Positions 30,820-40,366 are shown, counted from the stretch's first letter. The stretch: DNA of 64,000 nt from Nitrospirota bacterium (GCA_963751455.1 CAVVUN010000001.1:512001-576000), one strand, 5' to 3'. Made by a program: numbers and translations. The notes: generated by a model not told the origin, from the sequence alone.

Positions 30820-31911
30820 TCAGTGATTTATCCAACGAATAAATTCAGCAGGAAGTGACCTTATAGTCTTCCATTTATTATTCAGCCAACTATCTGTCCA
30901 CTTAATCTTAAGATCTTTCTTTCTTATCTTAATATATTCTTTCCTTATATTCACATCCGTCTGCTTTATCGCCAGAAATGCGAGAACCGCTTCGACTGTG
31001 CGTTCCGGGTCTTCCTCCTGAGGCATATGCCCCAGGTCATCGAATATTTCCAATTGGCTTCCGGAGATGTCCCGCCTGAACCGTTGTGCGTGGTCAGGAG
31101 GGATAAGCCGGTCGCGGCCGCCCCAGATAATGAGGGTCGGCTGCTTGACGGTCTTTATCATTGGCGCAGCTGACCCTATATTCGATTGCTCGATCGCCTT
31201 GATGAGCGCGCCACGGTTGCCCTGGCAGAGCATCATCTGCTCGTGTCTGTCCACCACTGCCCGCGTTACCCGCGAGGGATCTCCATACAGCTTTTTCAAA
31301 CCCGATTCCAAGGCACTTCGGGACATTGCAAATCTGAACAACTGATTGAGCACCGGCATCTTTACTATATAAGAATAGATTGATTTTGATTGAGGCATGG
31401 GATATCCGGCCGCGTCTACGAGGATCAATCGTTGCACGCGCGGGGGCGCTGCCACAGCAAGATGCCAGGCAATGTCGCCTCCGAGCGAATTACCAGCCAC
31501 AATGCAAAGCTGAACCCGCAGTGTATCCAGCAAGTCCATTACAAATTGAACATAGCTCTCGAGACGATAATCACCCCGGGCATTTGGGCCTGTCAGACCG
31601 AACCCCGGCAAATCAAACGTGATCACGCGCCGCTGACCTTTCAGCGCTTCAACCCAGCCTTCCCACGTTTGCAGGCTTGATGAAGTGCCGTGGATCAGCA
31701 CAATGGGAACAGGGTCAGTGCGAGGCCCCTCATCACGTAGATGAACCTTCAGCCCCTTCACGTCCACAAACGTTGAAGGCGGTAAGGCCCATCGTCCGAT
31801 GAGGTCCTCCATGGGTATGTCAGGCTTCCAGGGACCTGTCATCATGACCCGGCTTGACGACCAGCGGACCATCATGGTAAAGACTCGGTATGGGAATAAT
31901 ATGTCTATCAT
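30820..31911 (-). CDS. Alpha/beta fold hydrolase
   Basis: LIHG, DLPGFG, GNSLGG nucleophile elbow, WG.RD, GHMPQEE; start uncertain. Confidence 0.85.
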   Translation of the reverse strand: MIDILFPYRVFTMMVRWSSSRVMMTGPWKPDIPMEDLIGRWALPPSTFVDVKGLKVHLRDEGPRTDPVPIVLIHGTSSSLQTWEGWVEALKGQRRVITFDLPGFGLTGPNARGDYRLESYVQFVMDLLDTLRVQLCIVAGNSLGGDIAWHLAVAAPPRVQRLILVDAAGYPMPQSKSIYSYIVKMPVLNQLFRFAMSRSALESGLKKLYGDPSRVTRAVVDRHEQMMLCQGNRGALIKAIEQSNIGSAAPMIKTVKQPTLIIWGGRDRLIPPDHAQRFRRDISGSQLEIFDDLGHMPQEEDPERTVEAVLAFLAIKQTDVNIRKEYIKIRKKDLKIKWTDSWLNNKWKTIRSLPAEFIRWINH

Positions 31912-32262
31912 TATTTAACGCTTTTGCTTTAACTGATAATCCCGACCATAAAGCGAAATAATACTTATGCTGTAGGAAAATGGTATCATAACAATTTGGC
32001 AATGGCAAGCAGAAGGATTCTGAATAAACAGAAACCGAAGGCAGCACCACAATATAAGGTTGAGATTATCGGGTCGGATGAGCGCGAGACAGGTGTAGGA
32101 GCGGATGTGAATAGCGTTAACAGCAGCGAAGAATATCAGTCGAGGAATGAACCTGCCCGCAGCAAGCTATGGGTATCTTGGCTTCTAACTCGCACCTCCC
32201 TTCGATGCGAGGGGACTAAGGGGAGGGTGAAGTATCCGGCGTTCGTGCTCATCCTGTAGCGC

Positions 32263-32976
32263 TCAAGCAGATTCAAGAGCGCGTTTTTCCCACTGTTCGA
32301 CGTTTACTCCCTTAATCAAAAGCCACAAGAGCAATATTAATTCCCCGATAAACGTAAACTGGGAAATTGTTATATCAAGGTCGGGCAAAAGAAACAATAC
32401 AATGGAATCTATCACATAGCCAAAGCCTGCAATGACCAGCAAAATGCCCAGAATTCCCGGAAGAAAACCCGACTTGAAAACTAAATACCCCATAGGGAAT
32501 AGCCAAAGACCCCAGAATATCTGGGTAATAAAAAGCCCATAATGGTGTAAGTTCAGAAAGAACATTACGTGGGAATATAACTGATCTGCACTGAATACTT
32601 TCAGAGAGTCAGCGCCGTTCAATAGCAGCAAGACGGCAAAGTGGTTAAGCTCATTTAACATCGCAATAGGAGCAGCGGCCAATGCGAATACAACCATAAG
32701 CACAGCATGGTTATTATTAACCGATTTGAGTAATTTATATAATAAGAGAGCTGCCAAAATAGTGACAATAGGTGTAGCCAAAGCGCACATAATACTGAGA
32801 CGGAACAGCGATGAGGAAGCTATAATATTATTGGCTGTTGTCAAGGTATCCCCCGGCACAGTAAGGGAGGGAATATACATGCCGCCGAAGAAACCGAGCG
32901 GAGCCAAAAGCAGATAAAGGAACCCTGCAGCTCTTGCGATCTTATTAACTGAATTCATTTTTCCTTTGGCAGTCAT
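32263..32976 (-). CDS. DUF4386 family membrane protein
   Basis: ARAAGFLYL..., FWGLWLFPMGYLVFKSGFLP, WLLIKG; ATG after AGGAG. Confidence 0.75.
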   Translation of the reverse strand: MTAKGKMNSVNKIARAAGFLYLLLAPLGFFGGMYIPSLTVPGDTLTTANNIIASSSLFRLSIMCALATPIVTILAALLLYKLLKSVNNNHAVLMVVFALAAAPIAMLNELNHFAVLLLLNGADSLKVFSADQLYSHVMFFLNLHHYGLFITQIFWGLWLFPMGYLVFKSGFLPGILGILLVIAGFGYVIDSIVLFLLPDLDITISQFTFIGELILLLWLLIKGVNVEQWEKRALESA

Positions 32977-33057
32977 CGTTTTTTCTCCTTTGACTATCCC
33001 GATATCGTCTATTTCAAGAAACAATATCTGACTCTAAAGGTTTTCCGCGGCGCGGTT

Positions 33058-33390
33058 TTATCGCGTTTGCTGGATTGACTTATTGATTATCCCGACAATA
33101 TGGAACAGTCCCTCAATTATCCTGAACCCGGCAGATCCGAGAGCCAGGCCTTCATTATAATTTTTTAAAACCGGATACAGAGAAATTCCAATGCCGGCGC
33201 ATGCAGCAGCCATAATGAACAGAAAAAGCGCTCCTGTTATTACCCGGTTTTCATTTCCAGAAATTTTAGCAAGATGATCCGGAGCATCTAAAACAGGTTG
33301 TGTAAAAGCAACACCAAGCATCCCCGCAACAATCGCGATGATAAATAGTACTCCCGTAATTCTTGCCGTTTTCTTGTTTGTGCTCATCAT
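33058..33390 (-). pseudogene. 5' fragment of a DUF4386 family gene
   Basis: KTARITGVLFIIA...LYPVLK.YNE.LALG...FRIIE then abrupt end at about half the expected length. Confidence 0.65.
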
Positions 33391-33404
33391 ATTTTAGAGC
33401 CGCA

Positions 33405-33476
33405 TTACAACGCCGACAACGATACTTACGTCGTTGTCCTCGCCGAACGCTGCATCGCTTAAGCCGATCGTTAAAA
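33405..33476 (-). other. Degenerate attC-like site
   Basis: TTTTAAC ... GTTGTAA ends with only partial internal pairing. Confidence 0.4.
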
Positions 33477-33502
33477 TAAGCCCGATACTACTGATGACCG
33501 TT

Positions 33503-33562
33503 TTATACACGGCTGCCTCCTATCGCGGCCGGATTGAACCCTTTAACGATCAGCCATATCAA
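33503..33562 (-). pseudogene. 3' remnant of a third DUF4386 gene cut by the Y1 element
   Basis: Translates LIWLIVKGFNPAAIGGSRV*, matching the family C-terminus (compare WLLIKG in 32263..32976). Confidence 0.55.
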
Positions 33563-33593
33563 AACCTTTAGAACCTTTAGAGAACCTTTAGGG

Positions 33594-34463
33594 TCAAGTC
33601 TTTTTTGTTGCATTTTCGTATTCACGAAGCCAGCGGCTGATCGTCGAGTAGTGGACGGCCACATGACGGGCAAGTTCACTCTGATGATAACCGTATTTTT
33701 CCACGGCCTCGGACACCTTTTTCATCAGTTTGCGATGATTGTTCATGGCCGAGTCGGGCAGCAAAACGGCAAGCGACGGTCGAGTCGAATATCGCTGACT
33801 CCGGGGAATTTCGGGAATGTCCTTGTGCTTTTTGAGATAATCCGTAAGCTTATCTACGAAATCGTCCTCACCTAAAAGCGCTTGGCCTCGCACTTCCGTC
33901 CAGATCGTCTTCTTTCCAATACCCCACTGAACGAACTGGCGATACTCTTTTTCCGCTTTATCTCGTTTTCTGCTGAATTGACCGAGCACCCAGTCCTTTG
34001 TGAGGCAGGGATGAGGTTCTGCCTTACCCGCCGTCGCAAGGTAACTGGACCACTTCCAGTCTTCCGGCGCTTCGACCATCTTTGCTCTTACCGGATTTAG
34101 AACCACATATCGGCAGACCTCAAGGAGATGACTGTCTTTCTGGATCAAGATGGCCTTATACCGGCCCTGGAATAAATGCCCGGACCTTCCGTGATACTTG
34201 TTGAAAAGTTGCGTATAGACGCCGTTCAATTGGCGCATACCGAGAGAAAGATTGCCTTCCGGGGTCTCGATAAGAAGGTGGTAATGATTTGTCATGAGGC
34301 AATACGCATGACAGATCCAATTGTACCGCTTGTTGACGTGCTGGACCGTGTTCAGGAAGTTTTCGCGGTCCTGGTCGTTTTTGAATACGGACTTCTTCTC
34401 ATTGCCACGGGATGTTACGTGATAGACCGCACCGGCATATTCTATTCTTAGAGGTCGGGCCAT
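33594..34463 (-). CDS. REP-associated/IS200-like Y1 tyrosine transposase with C-terminal HTH
   Basis: YHVTSRGN, LMTNHYHLL (HUH), GHLFQGRY, RYVVLNPVRA, WSSY. Confidence 0.9.
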   Translation of the reverse strand: MARPLRIEYAGAVYHVTSRGNEKKSVFKNDQDRENFLNTVQHVNKRYNWICHAYCLMTNHYHLLIETPEGNLSLGMRQLNGVYTQLFNKYHGRSGHLFQGRYKAILIQKDSHLLEVCRYVVLNPVRAKMVEAPEDWKWSSYLATAGKAEPHPCLTKDWVLGQFSRKRDKAEKEYRQFVQWGIGKKTIWTEVRGQALLGEDDFVDKLTDYLKKHKDIPEIPRSQRYSTRPSLAVLLPDSAMNNHRKLMKKVSEAVEKYGYHQSELARHVAVHYSTISRWLREYENATKKT

Positions 34464-34469
34464 GGGGCG

Positions 34470-34498
34470 ACTGTAGCAGAAATCAGAATAAAATGCAA
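34470..34498 (-). promoter_or_regulatory. Transposase promoter, probably leaderless; -35 lies inside the TIR
   Basis: TTGCAT-17 bp-TACAGT-6 nt-ATG, conserved in copy 2. Confidence 0.55.
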
Positions 34499-34597
34499 CG
34501 AAAAAGACTTGACCCTAAAGGTTCCGTTAGCGTTAGTAAAATTGATGGAACTAACAAAAAAATGTAAAATGCAATATCTGCCATATCATTTTTCCCG

Positions 34598-34656
34598 GTA
34601 CAGCCGCGCGGGTGAGGAGCGTGCTTTTCGCGACTCACTCGACCCGCTCGTTAACA
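34598..34656 (-). other. attC site (R' box GCT variant)
   Basis: TGTTAAC-GAGCGGGTCGAGTGAGTCGCGAAAAGCACGCTCCTCACCCGCGCG-GCTGTAC directly after a stop codon; homologous to 46476-46533. Confidence 0.7.
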
Positions 34657-35238
34657 TCATGTTCTTAATTGAAGTAATTGCTCCAGCGAGACCCGCAGTA
34701 TGTCAGAGTTAACAGCATGAGTAACGTCAGCGGATACGCTAATACTGTTTCGAGCCAACACAGGGAACGACCAACCATTTTTAATTAAAATTCTTATGGC
34801 TTCTTTTCGTGATGAATTGTTTAGATACCTTTTCGCTTCCTCCGGTGAATTGGAGTAAATGTTGTATTTATCAAGTTCTGGATCATTGGCAATAACTTTT
34901 TTTGCGAATAAAACTCTGCTTGGCCCTGAATAAGAAAATAATTTCAACTTGCTTTTTGAGATTGAACTGCATCTGAGTTCTAATCTGTTCGGCGGTGCAC
35001 CTTCGACACGGGTATATGTCAGCGTAAACTTACAGTCATTAAATTGCCCCGTAAAGCAAGGTTCGTCAGAAAGAAATTTTCTTGCCTCCGATAATGAACC
35101 GGGGAATTGGGTCGATAGATTTTCTAGCTTCTCATAGTAAGGCTGCATAACTCGACGATTTCTTCGGAAGAAATATGCAACCACGAATGTAAGAACAAAA
35201 ATACCGCCAATGAATGTAATATAAGGGTTCATGCTCAT
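34657..35238 (-). CDS. Hypothetical membrane-anchored cassette protein
   Basis: 193-aa ORF with an N-terminal TM segment, bounded by attC sites. Confidence 0.7.
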   Translation of the reverse strand: MSMNPYITFIGGIFVLTFVVAYFFRRNRRVMQPYYEKLENLSTQFPGSLSEARKFLSDEPCFTGQFNDCKFTLTYTRVEGAPPNRLELRCSSISKSKLKLFSYSGPSRVLFAKKVIANDPELDKYNIYSNSPEEAKRYLNNSSRKEAIRILIKNGWSFPVLARNSISVSADVTHAVNSDILRVSLEQLLQLRT

Positions 35239-35244
35239 TTAGGG

Positions 35245-35300
35245 GGTTAACGCGCGCGTGTACCGCCGCGTAGCGGTCGGACACGACGCGCTGGTTGGAA
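35245..35300 (-). other. attC site
   Basis: TTCCAAC-CAGCGCGTCGTGTCCGACCGCTACGCGGCGGTACACGCGCGC-GTTAACC imperfect hairpin. Confidence 0.75.
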
Positions 35301-35394
35301 TTCATCTTCTTGTCATGATGGAGAACCAGCTTGTCAATATCAAAGATTCGACCCAAGACACTCCCAATCAGTGCATCCGCTTGTTATGGCAATC

Positions 35395-38055
35395 TTATCG
35401 TCGATCTATAGAATATGAATAAGATCCACTGGCGGAACCACAACCCATGTTGTTACAACCTATGAATCTGAGCTTAGTCCTCTTGAATTGTCCTGGATTA
35501 GCATAGTACTGAAACGTCCCCGATGGCCCGCTGATTGAACCGTCATTAGATGATGGAGTCGGTGCAGATGGCGTGCTAGGCGTACTGCCGTCATACGTGT
35601 TGACCATCGTATAATAAATTGTCGTGGCACCGCTACTGCCGACGCTGATATTCTGCGGAGATGACGTCCAGCTGCCGCTGGACGGGCTTACCGCGACACT
35701 GCCCGGCACTGTCCTTAAGTCTATCGAGTATGAGTACGATCCGCTTGCTGGTCCGCACCCCGCACTATTGCAACCTATAAACCGGAGCTTGGTTCTCTTG
35801 TGCTGATCAGAGCTTGCGTACAACTGAAACGTTCCGGAAGCTCCGCTGATTGAACCGTCGTTCGAAGAGGGTGACGGCGCATCAGGATCAGAAGGCGCAC
35901 TGCCGTCATACGTGTTGACCATCCTATAATAAATTGTCGTTGCGCCGCTACTGCCGACGCTGATATTCTGCGGAGATGACGTCCAGCTGCCGCTGGACGG
36001 GCTTACCGCGACACTGCCCGGCACTGTCCTTAAGTCTATCGAGTATGAGTACGATCCGCTTGCTGGTCCGCACCCCGCACTATTGCAACCTATAAACCGG
36101 AGCTTGGTTCTCTTGTGCTGATCAGAGCTTGCGTACAACTGAAACGTTCCGGAAGCTCCGCTGATTGAACCGTCGTTCGAAGAGGGTGACGGCGCATCAG
36201 GATCAGAAGGAGTACTGCCGTCATACGTGTTGACCATCCTATAATAAATTGTCGTTGCGCCGCTACTGCCGACGCTGATATTCTGCGGAGATGACGTCCA
36301 GCTGCCGCTGGACGGGCTTACAGATATGCCAGCCGGTATGACTTCAGAATTGACAATAACAGTGTAGTTAACAATATTACTCATCTTACCTGAACTATCC
36401 GCACCCCACCAGGTATAGGTTCCAGCCGGTCGATCCGAAGGTATCGTGTAAGTGATGGAAAACGTTCCATCTGGTTTAATACTCTGCGAAAGAGTTGGGA
36501 ACTCTGAGCCATCGGGCTTCTTAAAATGAAGCACAGCTGTGCTGTTGGGAGTGAAACCTGTGCCCCACTGCGACACTGTATCGGCCTGCTTCGCCGTCAT
36601 CGGAGTCTGAGCAACTGTCGGGGATACTGTTATGCTATCGACAACGGAAAGGACGAAATTCTTCTCTGCTTTTTGTGAATTATTATCGTAAACTTGCACT
36701 GTAAACTGATAAGTTCCGGTATTTGTGGGTATTCCTGAAATCTCACCGCTTGCACTTAAGCTTAGACCTGTTGGCACTATACCGTCAGAAAGTTTCCATG
36801 AGTATGGCCACGAGCCACCTAAAGCTGAAAAACGGAAGTAATGGTAAGCGCCGACTTTACCAACAGATAGAATCTTCGACGTTGAAATTGATATTGGAAG
36901 AGGCTGCGACAAATTGTCAACAGAGATAGCACTATCTCGCTCTGCAATATCACCACTTGAGTCGGTTACAGCTACTGTGAATTGGTAGGTGCCTTGTTGT
37001 GAAGGAGCGCCAGAAATTACACCATCCTTTGATAATGAAATCCCGGGAGGCAGATTGCCTTTAGCAATTGACCATGTATATGGTGGAGTGCCGTCAACTG
37101 CGGACAAAATAAGACTAAAAGCGTTGCCAACAATTAATGACGGGCAATATGACAAACTCCCTTCAACTATACCAACCTTAAAATTCTTATCCTTTTTCGT
37201 AACGCGCAGACCGATTGCTTGGCCACCATTACCCGGAAGCTTACCAACACGCTCCCATTCATCAAGAAAGCTTTTCCTTGTAAAACTCCGTTTATGAGCA
37301 TACGTTTCATATAGCCAGGTCCGTCCGGGATCATTAGCATAAACATAATCTTCGTCAATCCCTACAACTAGCATCCAATGTTGGACGCTCCCTTGCTTCA
37401 TTGTCCCCGGAATCGAGTTATTACCTCCTTGGGAAGAAACTACAACTAAGACAGGGTTTCCGTCTGCTAATTCAGAACGTAGCGCTTCTAATGTTGGCTT
37501 TATGTACTCAACGCTAAAATTACCCTCTTTCTCTAACAACTGTTTCATCTGTTTGTTGTCCGTATAGTCGCCGGTGTATTTATCTCTTCCATATCTTGGT
37601 GGATTATAACCGTCAATATTAGAAATATTGTCAGGATATTGGGGACCCATCCAATCGATCATATTTTTCAGATTTGACCATGCAGTGTCATGATTCGGCG
37701 CGATATCGATGTGATAATGAAATGCTTTTAGCATCAAATAGCTTGCAGGCCCACAGTTCACATTATTTCCATCCGGGCCAGATTCAAATTGAGATATATA
37801 GGGAACATCAAGCGTTTGGCTATCCTTCTTTAATGCGTGCGGCGCCAAAACGGTTTTCGAATAAGTTGAATTTGTCGCGCTATTACCAACAACAGCAACA
37901 AGATCATCATGACTGACTATAACTGCTCCCGCCAATTGAGGCCCATCATCTATAGGATCGCCACTACCGCCACCGTTATGACAAGAAATTAGCAAAAGAC
38001 CAAATAAGAGGAAAAATATGATCCTTCTAACGAGTCTATATTTTTGTCTCATCAA
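35395..38055 (-). CDS. Lipoprotein: C39-like cysteine peptidase + two putative Ig domains + three 105-aa FN3/chitobiase-like repeats
   Basis: LISC lipobox; VPYISQ..NCGPAS..HWMLVVG..NDP; G.LP.G.SLS..G.ISG.P repeats. Confidence 0.78.
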   Translation of the reverse strand: MMRQKYRLVRRIIFFLLFGLLLISCHNGGGSGDPIDDGPQLAGAVIVSHDDLVAVVGNSATNSTYSKTVLAPHALKKDSQTLDVPYISQFESGPDGNNVNCGPASYLMLKAFHYHIDIAPNHDTAWSNLKNMIDWMGPQYPDNISNIDGYNPPRYGRDKYTGDYTDNKQMKQLLEKEGNFSVEYIKPTLEALRSELADGNPVLVVVSSQGGNNSIPGTMKQGSVQHWMLVVGIDEDYVYANDPGRTWLYETYAHKRSFTRKSFLDEWERVGKLPGNGGQAIGLRVTKKDKNFKVGIVEGSLSYCPSLIVGNAFSLILSAVDGTPPYTWSIAKGNLPPGISLSKDGVISGAPSQQGTYQFTVAVTDSSGDIAERDSAISVDNLSQPLPISISTSKILSVGKVGAYHYFRFSALGGSWPYSWKLSDGIVPTGLSLSASGEISGIPTNTGTYQFTVQVYDNNSQKAEKNFVLSVVDSITVSPTVAQTPMTAKQADTVSQWGTGFTPNSTAVLHFKKPDGSEFPTLSQSIKPDGTFSITYTIPSDRPAGTYTWWGADSSGKMSNIVNYTVIVNSEVIPAGISVSPSSGSWTSSPQNISVGSSGATTIYYRMVNTYDGSTPSDPDAPSPSSNDGSISGASGTFQLYASSDQHKRTKLRFIGCNSAGCGPASGSYSYSIDLRTVPGSVAVSPSSGSWTSSPQNISVGSSGATTIYYRMVNTYDGSAPSDPDAPSPSSNDGSISGASGTFQLYASSDQHKRTKLRFIGCNSAGCGPASGSYSYSIDLRTVPGSVAVSPSSGSWTSSPQNISVGSSGATTIYYTMVNTYDGSTPSTPSAPTPSSNDGSISGPSGTFQYYANPGQFKRTKLRFIGCNNMGCGSASGSYSYSIDRR
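35398..36325. repeat. Three 315-bp intragenic tandem repeats
   Basis: ATGACGTCCAGCTGCCGCTGG recurs at 35661, 35976 and 36291. Confidence 0.9.
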
Positions 38056-38108
38056 AAACCTTCCCCTTATGCAAGCATCTTACTGACGACGTAGTCTAGG
38101 CATTCAAT

Positions 38109-38422
38109 GTTCAATGGGGCGATAACTCGCTGCGCCCGCAGGGCGCGTCGGGTTCATTGCCTGGTTCCAGCGGCGCTTTGTACCGCGTCTCACAGGCAAT
38201 AAGCGAGTTATCGCCCCATTCCAGCGGCGGCTGGAACGTCCCGGATGAGCGGCTGCCCCCGCAGGGGGTAAGTCCGTCTCGATCCGGTTTGATGGCTCGC
38301 GCTGGTTTCGCGCGAGACATCAGGATCGGCCGCTCATCCGGGACGATGGACCGCGCGAAGCGCGGGCCATCGCGCGGGTAAGCCGCGTGCTTTTCGCGGC
38401 GGACTTGACCCGCTGGTTGAAA
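38109..38422 (-). other. Three consecutive ORF-less attC-like hairpins
   Basis: TTTCAAC..GATGGCC; GTCCCGGATGAGCGGC..GCCGCTCATCCGGGAC-GTTCCAG; CTGGAAT-GGGGCGATAACTCGCT..AGCGAGTTATCGCCCC-ATTGAAC. Confidence 0.65.
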
Positions 38423-38435
38423 TCCTCGCTGTGTT

Positions 38436-39851
38436 TCATTGACTGGTCAATAAAACACACGGAACGATTGCGTTGGTCATCACCGGATTATATGAGGAGC
38501 GGGTCCAAGTCACTCCGTCCGGGGATGTAGCATAACCGATGTTGTCTTGGGTTCCTACCTGATACCAATACCACATTTTGTACAGACCACCATCGAAAAT
38601 GACATTTGGAACGATTGCGTTCGTCATTACCGGATTATGCGAAGAGCGGGTCCAAGTCACTCCGTCCGGGGATGTAGCATAACCGATGTTGTCTTGGGTT
38701 CCTACCTGATACCAATACCACATTTTGTACAGACCACTATCGAAAATGACATTCGGAACGATTGCGTTCGTCATTACCGGATTATGCGAAGAGCGGGTCC
38801 AAGTCAATCCGTCCGGCGATGTAGCATAACCGATGTTGTCTTGGGTTCCTACCTGATACCAATACCACATTTTGTACAGACCACCATCGAAAATGACATT
38901 TGGAACGATTGCGTTCGTTATTACCGGATTATGCGAAGAGCGGGTCCAAGTCACTCCGTCCGGGGATGTAGCATAACCGATGTTGTCTTGGGTTCCTACC
39001 TGATACCAATACCACATTTTGTACAGACCACTATCGAAAATGACATTCGGAACGATTGCGTTCGTCATTACCGGATTATGCGAAGAGCGGGTCCAAGTCA
39101 ATCCGTCCGGCGATGTAGCATAGCCGATGTTGTCTTGGGTTCCTACCTGATACCAATACCACATACTGAAAACCTTGCCCGTAGCTTCAGGTGTGGTACT
39201 CGTCACCGTTAAGGTATAGGATGTCGTTGAATTATCAGCGGCGGTAACTGTATATAAGACCGGATTTGTGAAGTCGTTCGGCGTTGTACCACTTACCTGA
39301 ATCGCAGAACCAACTTTGACGTTTGCGCCTGTTGTCGTAAAGGTTGCGACGAGTGCGGTAACATTCGTACCATTCGGGACAGTGATGGAGATTGTCTTTG
39401 CTGTTTCATTTATCGATCCTGTTGCAGCAGGGTTTGTGAATGAGAACGCTGTAAGGGCTTTTGCTGAACTGGAGGCTATCGTCACAGTCACAGTGTATGT
39501 TGCAGTTGAGTTATCAGCGGCAGCAACCGTATATGAAACCGGATTTGTGAAGTCGTTCGGCGTTGTACCACTTACCTGAATCGCAGAACCAACTTTGACG
39601 CTTGCGCCTGTTGTCGTAAAGGTTGCGACGAGTGCGGTAACATTCGTACCATTCGGGACAGTGATGGAGATTGTCTTTGCTGTTTCGTTTATTGTTCCTG
39701 TTGCTGCAGGGCTTGTAAAAGAAAAGGCAGTGATTGTTTTTGAACTGTCCGAGTTGCCTCCTCCTGTGCTCGTATTGTTATTTCCGCTGCAAAAAGACAA
39801 AGCAACGCCAACCATTAACATAAAGAAAGCCCATACCATACGTCTAAGCAT
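38436..39851 (-). CDS. Lipoprotein with two Ig-like (DUF5018-like) domains and a five-repeat Asp-box beta-propeller
   Basis: LSFC lipobox-like; two ~94-aa repeats; five 49-aa repeats with SPDG.TW. Confidence 0.78.
   Translation of the reverse strand: MLRRMVWAFFMLMVGVALSFCSGNNNTSTGGGNSDSSKTITAFSFTSPAATGTINETAKTISITVPNGTNVTALVATFTTTGASVKVGSAIQVSGTTPNDFTNPVSYTVAAADNSTATYTVTVTIASSSAKALTAFSFTNPAATGSINETAKTISITVPNGTNVTALVATFTTTGANVKVGSAIQVSGTTPNDFTNPVLYTVTAADNSTTSYTLTVTSTTPEATGKVFSMWYWYQVGTQDNIGYATSPDGLTWTRSSHNPVMTNAIVPNVIFDSGLYKMWYWYQVGTQDNIGYATSPDGVTWTRSSHNPVITNAIVPNVIFDGGLYKMWYWYQVGTQDNIGYATSPDGLTWTRSSHNPVMTNAIVPNVIFDSGLYKMWYWYQVGTQDNIGYATSPDGVTWTRSSHNPVMTNAIVPNVIFDGGLYKMWYWYQVGTQDNIGYATSPDGVTWTRSSYNPVMTNAIVPCVLLTSQ
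38461..39165. repeat. Five near-identical 147-bp intragenic tandem repeats
   Basis: MWYWYQVGTQDNIGYATSPDG.TWTRSSHNPV.TNAIVPNVIFD.GLYK x5 (last unit partial). Confidence 0.92.
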
Positions 39852-39929
39852 TTTCTGGTTCTCCTTCTGGAAGTTAAGCGGTCATTGTCCGCTTGTACTG
39901 CTGGTTGGCACAGAGCGGTATTTTGCCGG

Positions 39930-39988
39930 AGCCAACGCGCGGGTGTGGGGCGCGGTTCGCAGCGACCCACACGACCCGCTTGTTGAAG
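39930..39988 (-). other. attC site
   Basis: CTTCAAC-AAGCGGGTCGTGTGGGTCGCTGCGAACCGCGCCCCACACCCGCGC-GTTGGCT. Confidence 0.75.
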
Positions 39989-40024
39989 CGATTTTATGGG
40001 ATGCAATAAAGTTATTTTTACGCG

Positions 40025-40366
40025 TTATCCTATCGGAGAGTCCACTTTATTGAGAATTGGTCGTCGCCCATGTATACTTGTAAATTGATTTAACCAAGTT
40101 CTTTCAAGTTTAGGTAGGTTTTTTGGATTGTAGATTGCAAAGTAGAACCAAATCGCCTTACCTTCTAGTGTTGGATTTGTTTTTTCTGGATTGTCGAGGT
40201 GTTGCTGAAATCTAACGAATAAATTATCCGAAAGTCCAATATATAGGATGTCATTGTCAAACGTAGTAAGAACATAACAACCTGTCTCATTAGGTACTGA
40301 TTTAAACGATGCACGTTTAAAATGTACCTTGTCTTTTGGTAGCGGAATTAGTTCGGTGATCTTCAT
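40025..40366 (-). CDS. Stand-alone GIY-YIG nuclease family protein
   Basis: GCYVL..ILYIGLS.NL..R..QH..LE..N motif order; ATGA overlap with the upstream gene. Confidence 0.8.
   Translation of the reverse strand: MKITELIPLPKDKVHFKRASFKSVPNETGCYVLTTFDNDILYIGLSDNLFVRFQQHLDNPEKTNPTLEGKAIWFYFAIYNPKNLPKLERTWLNQFTSIHGRRPILNKVDSPIG

Larger units (their letters stand above)
33563..34525 (-). mobile_element. Y1/HUH transposase element copy 1 with ~35-bp terminal inverted repeats and 3x AACCTTTAG
   Basis: GAACCTTTAGGGTCAAGTCTTTTTTGTTGCATTT / AAATGCAACGAAAAAGACTTGACCCTAAAGGTTC. Confidence 0.8.

Noticed and set aside
31996-32259. 87-aa plus-strand ORF or possible ncRNA
   Set aside because: No motif, RBS or convincing structure beyond a degenerate REP
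38461-39165. Regular repeats as a CRISPR array or DGR template/variable repeats
   Set aside because: Contiguous in-frame 147-bp coding units with no unique spacers; no cas or reverse transcriptase genes in the window
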